Assembly: GCA_951406725.2 (NCBI GenBank)
Contig: OX597831.1
Location: forward strand, 63,116,001 to 63,180,000
Direction: 5' to 3'
Length of the DNA stretch: 64,000 nt
Source of the DNA: Octopus vulgaris
Taxonomy: Eukaryota
Shown here: positions 57,915-64,000 of the stretch, one piece after another
Numbering within the stretch: the first letter of the stretch is position 1
Layout: each line of letters begins with the position of its first letter
The notes under the pieces: model-generated
What the model saw: the letters and a program-made list of their open reading frames with translations, nothing else
The model's database searches: none
What the model was told of the DNA's origin: nothing
Program-made: the position numbers and the translations under genes

Positions 57915-58333
57915 CTATTTCTTTACTGCCCACAAGTGGCTACCCATAGAGGGGACAAACAAGGACAGACAAACGGATTAAATCGATTACATTGACCCCA
58001 GGTCGAATCTGGTACTTTATTTATCGACCCCGAAAGGATGAAATTCAAAGTCGACCTCGGCGGAATTTGAACTCACAACGTAACGGCAGACAAAAAACCA
58101 ATTTCTTTACTACCCACAATGGGCTAAACACAGAGAGGACAAACAAGGACTGACAAACGGATTAAGTCGATTATATCCACCCCAGTGCGTAACTGGTACT
58201 TACTTAATCGACCCTGAAAGGATGAAAGGCAAAGTCGACCTCGGCGAGATTTGAACTCAGAATGTAATGGCAGACGAAATACGGCTACGCATTTCGCCCG
58301 GCGTGTTAACGGTTCTGCCAGCTCGCCGCCTTT
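57915..58333 (-). mobile_element. SINE family B with duplicated body
   Basis: Two tandem bodies, one head. Confidence 0.88.
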
Positions 58334-59352
58334 AGCGTCATATACCGATAAATACGAGGGTCATCCAAATGCTAAGCCAAAAGTTTATATGACGAGCTCA
58401 GTTCCTATACTGAGTTGTACAAAGACACAAGGCGTCACAAACAACTAATGACTTTTGATAAGTTCTTCAGTCCTCAAGCTGATGTTCGTGGTAATGTACG
58501 ATAAGATAGTAAATATTGTCCCTCATCCGCCTAGCCTCATCCTCCTAGTAATGCTCATTCTACTACAACACCTCACGCAGTAGTCAACATTTTTTTTGTG
58601 TTAAGAATGTTCTCTTACGATATTACAATATTTATTAATTCCCTAACGTATTTTTCTTGCAATATTTTTGTTAATATATACCTACATTGTACCGTGTATG
58701 TATAAAGCTGATCATACTGCTTGTTCCCTATCGTTTCTTTGTGCCGTTTTCTGTTGATTTTCGGGGTTTCTTTTAGAAAGATTTGTAGGAACGCAATCTC
58801 ACTTGATAATATAAAAATGAATAGGAAAATTAATTTCGCATTTTACAATTTCGTGTTACACCCAGATATTCAGGAGCGCATTGCTTCCGGGACGAGGGGG
58901 ATTTCTGTATAATCAACTTCGAAGAGACGAAAGGAAAAATTGACATCGACGGTGAAATTTCAATTCAGAACACATGAAATAAACATAGCACAGTAACTGT
59001 CCAAAATTTGCTTATTAAAATATAAACAAGTCTTATAACAAATATATTTCTTTTAAATAATAGTACAAGAAAATTGGTAGATGAATAATTAATGCAGACG
59101 AATTAAATAAACATATGTAATCGCATCCTATTTACATTTAGTTATGTTGTAAATTTAGCCTAGGCGGCTGTTTTCAACAGTATGAACGAGGACATGGCTG
59201 TTTTCATTCAGCAATTTATTGTGATTTGGTCACCTTTCCAACACCTTTCGATCCTCTCCTATAGCTGCCGAAGAATCTTTATTGGACTTTATGCGAGAGT
59301 AAGTATGTCAAATGACACTATATTTACTGTATACACACACACACACTCATAT

Positions 59353-59398
<46 letters not shown>

Positions 59399-59446
59399 CT
59401 TTCTATGTATATATATATATATATACGCATATACATATACATATAC

Positions 59447-59705
59447 AGGCGCAGGCGTAGCCGTAGAAGCAGGCGTGGTTGTGTGATAAGATGTTTGCTT
59501 TCCAACCACATGGTTCCGGGTCTAGTGGAAACTTGGGCAAGTATTTTCTATTATAGCCTCAGGTTGACTAAAGCCCGAGACTATAATAAATTTGGCACAT
59601 GGAATCTGAAAGAAAGCTGTCTTTTCCATCACCGCTTGAGAACAGGTGTTGATGTGTTTACGTTCCTGTAAATTAGCGATTCGACTAAAGGACAGATAGA
59701 ATAAG
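59447..59705 (+). mobile_element. SINE family A, degenerate
   Basis: AACCACATGGTTCCGGG, CTTGGGCAAGT, GATAGAATAAGTAC. Confidence 0.7.
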
Positions 59706-60139
59706 TACGTAAGTAAGTATACGTAGTATTCTTCAAAAGCGATATGTTTGTGCCATTGCTGTATACTTACTTCTCAAATTTTGAAAATTCCATGTGTCCA
59801 CTTGGTATCCATTTCTTCGCAGTCACTTTCACTTCGTTCCTTTCTTTAAATCATTATTTCGATGATTGTTCTTCATTGTATCGAACAGGTGAAAGAGAAA
59901 TGGTGCCAAATCTGAGCTGTTAAATAGATGAGAGGCCATAGAGTTGCCCAATTTCTCACTTGCCGGAGTTATTGCGAAATAGTAAATTATCATTGATAAG
60001 GTGAATCATTTTCATATTCTTCTTGTTCGGTATCTTCCACCTAGTAGATTCGGTAGCATTCTGAGTTTTTCCCTTTACCACTTGCTGTTCACGGTATTGC
60101 AGCGTTCCAAAACATAATGAAGATAATGACTTTGTCATG

Positions 60140-60260
60140 CCCCCCAAAAGGATGAAAGGCAAGTTCGGCCTCGGTGGAATTTGATCTCAGAACGTAGGGA
60201 CAAGCGAAATGTCTCTAAGCATTTCGACCGTCGTGCTAACGACTCCACCAGCAGCTCGCT
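60140..60260 (-). mobile_element. SINE family B 5' fragment
   Basis: GGATGAAAGGCAAG..GGAATTTGATCTCAGAACGT. Confidence 0.75.
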
Positions 60261-60384
60261 ACTTTTGTATAGTTACAGAATAACGATATAAGATTTACTT
60301 AGCATAGTTTTTACCACTATTTATACCACTTAACTTGAAATTCCTCTTCTCTTATCTCGATCCCATCTAATACTACAATTAACT

Positions 60385-60500
60385 GATATACTTCGGCACT
60401 CGCTTCAGAATTCCCCTAATCTTTCACTAAATGCGAGCTGAACAAAGTACATAACATTCTGACAAAGACGATTCCATTCCGAATGTAGCCAACATTGTCT
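60385..60500 (+). repeat. Dispersed direct repeat, copy 1 (copy 2 at 62763-62905)
   Basis: CCTAATCTTTCACTAAATGCGAGCTGAAC and AACATTCTGACAAAGACGATTCC are shared. Confidence 0.85.
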
Positions 60501-60563
60501 TAGGTGGGATTTCAAATTAGAGAACGAATTGGGACGAATACCACAACGCATTATACTCCACAT

Positions 60564-60606
<43 letters not shown>

Positions 60607-60613
60607 ATGTATA

Positions 60614-60654
<41 letters not shown>

Positions 60655-60718
60655 ATAGAAATCGTATGACAACAAACGAATGAAAGAGACCTCGATATTA
60701 TGTAAATAGAGGAATTTA

Positions 60719-60785
<67 letters not shown>

Positions 60786-63463
60786 ACGTTTCAAGCCCAC
60801 GGAGCCGATCATGCCGGAGTACTACTGTGAAAAAACAAGTATACTGTGAAAAAACAAAGTATATATACATAAATGTGTGTGTCTGTGTTGAAAGGTGTAT
60901 AATGATGGTTCAGCAGCAGAATGATCAATATGATCAATGCGTCGGGCAAAATGATTAGCATTATCCCGTTTCGACTCATTACGTTCCAAGTTCAAAACTA
61001 GCTGTAGTTTGTCCAGCATCATTTGGAGATTTATAATTATAAATTACCAGCCATAAACGAGACCGATAACACTGGTTCTATTCTCCCCACAAACGTTAGG
61101 CCCTAATACAATATATAGTGTTATTGGTTGTGTCTGTCATTGCCTTTTTATAATTTTTTCAATTTATTTTATTTCTATTTTTATTCATTTATATATATTT
61201 TTTTGTTTTGTCTGTTTCTGACTCATGCATCCAAACAGAATACAGAGGAGAACAAAGATAACATTTTCAGAATGAAAAATGTTTAGTTCACCAGAAAACA
61301 ATTTGAACAATAATTTTTAATGCCTTGTAGCCTAATGCTAGTACTATTTCCATATATATTTCACGGGTGGGTGGGAATTGTAATATTTATAAAACACTAT
61401 TACAAATATTTGACATTTCAACCATCATATGTCATAGGAAGCCGTGTCTATAAAGTGTTTTAGAAATTTTTCAAAATGACGAATTTTAAACGATAATCTT
61501 TTGTGTTAGGAGATGAGTGAAACTTTCAGTACGAATGGGCTTTTCAAACACATTATATTAATTCTTTCAAATAGGAACAAAGATAAGTTATGTGAACGAT
61601 GTACTATTTTAAGAGAAGAATTATTATGCAATATATTATTCATATAATCATATTTTTACATCACTAGCTCATGGAGAGCGCCAGACAAAACAATTTGAAG
61701 TATTTTTTAATGCCTGTTTATATTGTACGTTCGAATCCTGCTTAAATCAGGTCTGAACTAAATTTTTATGAAGCTAATAACAAGTCAATAATCACACATT
61801 TCTCCCTTCTCAGCATGTATAGATATGTGCCTATGCTTGTAATAATTATATTATATTACTATAATTTATTGACATCAGAAATATCCTTAAGGAATTCATG
61901 AACCGCTTTCCCTTATAAATTTTCCCGTCTGTAAGAATGTTAACTTGTGCAAGCAGCAGCTATACATAGATCAGAAAACGTCGAATTAGCCAAATCGGGA
62001 AAGTGTTGGGAAAAATGGTTCCATGTATATGATTTCAAGTGCTATAGATGTCAAATGTTTCTTCATATTTCCAGGTCCATAAACTGTAGTGCTGGTCAAG
62101 TATTGGAGTTGGTCAGAGTGACTGAATGCTACACTGATATGTGAAACCTTATATCTATGTTAAAAAGAATATTAGCCATCAATACGAAAGTCGTGGATTA
62201 GAGCTAAATTTTCAATAACAAAAAATATAATCATGAGAAGTATTAGACGTGCGACGGTCTGCATTAGTACGGATCGGACTTCGAGGTACGATTACGTATA
62301 TTGTTAGGGCTAAATATACAAATATAAGGAATCTTATATTCGATAGAAAAAATCTGAACTATGACGTCTCGGATAAGACCCTTTTCTTTTCGGGGATAAA
62401 AAGGAAATGCTGCATTTGTTTTTGTATAGTCTTATCTGGCAGACCTATACGCAAATGTATCCCATCAATGGCCAGCCCATCTTAGATTTATTGTGTTTAC
62501 GACTTCATCATATTGGCATGTGGCTAAGTAGATAAACCTGGAGTGAAAGAGAGCCCTTGTCAGTGAATTTAGATGAAGGATTGTTTGGAAGAACAATTGT
62601 CAACTTTTTGTCAAGATGCTAATCCCTGTTTTTAGGTATAACAAAATTACGTCGCTTCCAAAGTTTTCTCTTTTTGGTGCGACAGAAAATGGAATGTTTG
62701 TCATACTTTTACATATAATTTACTCAAGTTTTTTATGAGGTGCATAATGATGGATCAGCAGCATATACTTCGTCGCTCACTTCAGAATTTTCCTAATCTT
62801 TCACTAAATGCGAGCTGAACTAAGTACATGCAGAACCGAAACAGAACATAAATGCAATAACATTCTGACAAAGACGATTCCCTTCCGAATGTAGCAACAT
62901 TGTCCCGTTCACGGGAAATGACTTTCGGTCAACTTAAACTCAGTATTTAGCATGTATTTATTTCATTGGTCCCTGGAATGATAAGGAAACTTAAAGCGGA
63001 TTGAATGCGAACTCATAACGTACAGGAAATGTCAAAAGACATTTTGTCCAACGTTCTACGGAATTCTTTCCTTTCACCAATCGGTCAAACTACAAGAAGT
63101 AATTAGCAAACAGACATATTTTTCTGTGTTTAACACACTCCTCTCCCTAACACCCCTACATTATGATAACATGAATGTTTTCAAAACTGTTTTCAGTTTC
63201 TAATGCACTGCAGTGAAACTGATGACGTCTCTCCTGACAAGTTCCAGTTTTGGTATTAATTCAAAACTTAATTGCCTTCACCTCTCTTTTGAGCTGTAAA
63301 AATTAGAAAGATGTCACTGAAACCATTGAAGCAGAAAATAAATAGAAAAAAAAATCCCGTGAAATGTTTAATTCCACTGCATATCTTGCCAAGTTGTTTC
63401 AGATCACGTCTTAAACTGAAAAATACTCAAAACAAATTTTGGAAAGAATATGAATCCTCATTT

Positions 63464-63595
<132 letters not shown>

Positions 63596-64000
63596 CTTAA
63601 CTTTTTGGCAAAATGTTTCTGTGACTAGTCCGCTATCACATTCTATCTCTTTCTTACTCTTTCTTACTCTTTCTCACATTCTTTCCTTATATATCTTTCC
63701 TTCATATATTTTTACCTATTCATTATTTTTTTACTTTTCTTCGTTTCTTCCTCCCCCCCCCTGTCTTTATTTCTCTCTGTCTCTCTTACTCTCTGATTTA
63801 TTCACTCGTTTTGTTTTGCTGTTTGTTCTTTCATCGATAAAGTCACTATTGTTGATAAAAACGAAATCTTATCGAAGTATAAAATGAAGTTAAAATATAT
63901 AGAGATCCTTTCTTCGATAAGAAAAGTCAAATTTTGTGCATGAATAATTGATTTGATATTCATGTGTGCTACAATTTACGGAATAATTTAAACTGAAAAG

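Noticed and set aside
59956-60130. Possible exon with a GTGAG donor on the minus strand
   Set aside because: No acceptor or recognisable homology; the ORF begins in a SINE

Overview
AT-rich, microsatellite-dense animal genomic DNA. The SINE families and repeat landscape look like a cephalopod (Octopus-like) genome, which is an inference. No host protein-coding gene can be supported, and almost all listed ORFs are translations of (TA)n, (CA)n, (TATC)n or (AAT)n. Recognisable content: two R4/Dong-type RLE LINE fragments, a Tx1/L1-type RT fragment, an ORF1-only Tx1-like element, one long CR1-like LINE with two further fragments, two Tc1/mariner relics, a 735-bp foldback element and many tRNA-derived SINEs. 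The most interesting signal is a set of 200-500 bp non-coding cassettes wedged between (TA)n tracts. Several carry type I minimal hammerhead ribozyme motifs with palindromic stem III, best at 40604-40676(-), 36228-36305(-) and 54025-54069(+). Fold-back palindromes occur in the same context. Together these suggest a Penelope-like or retrozyme-like, microsatellite-targeted ribozyme element system. All structures were folded by eye and are untested.
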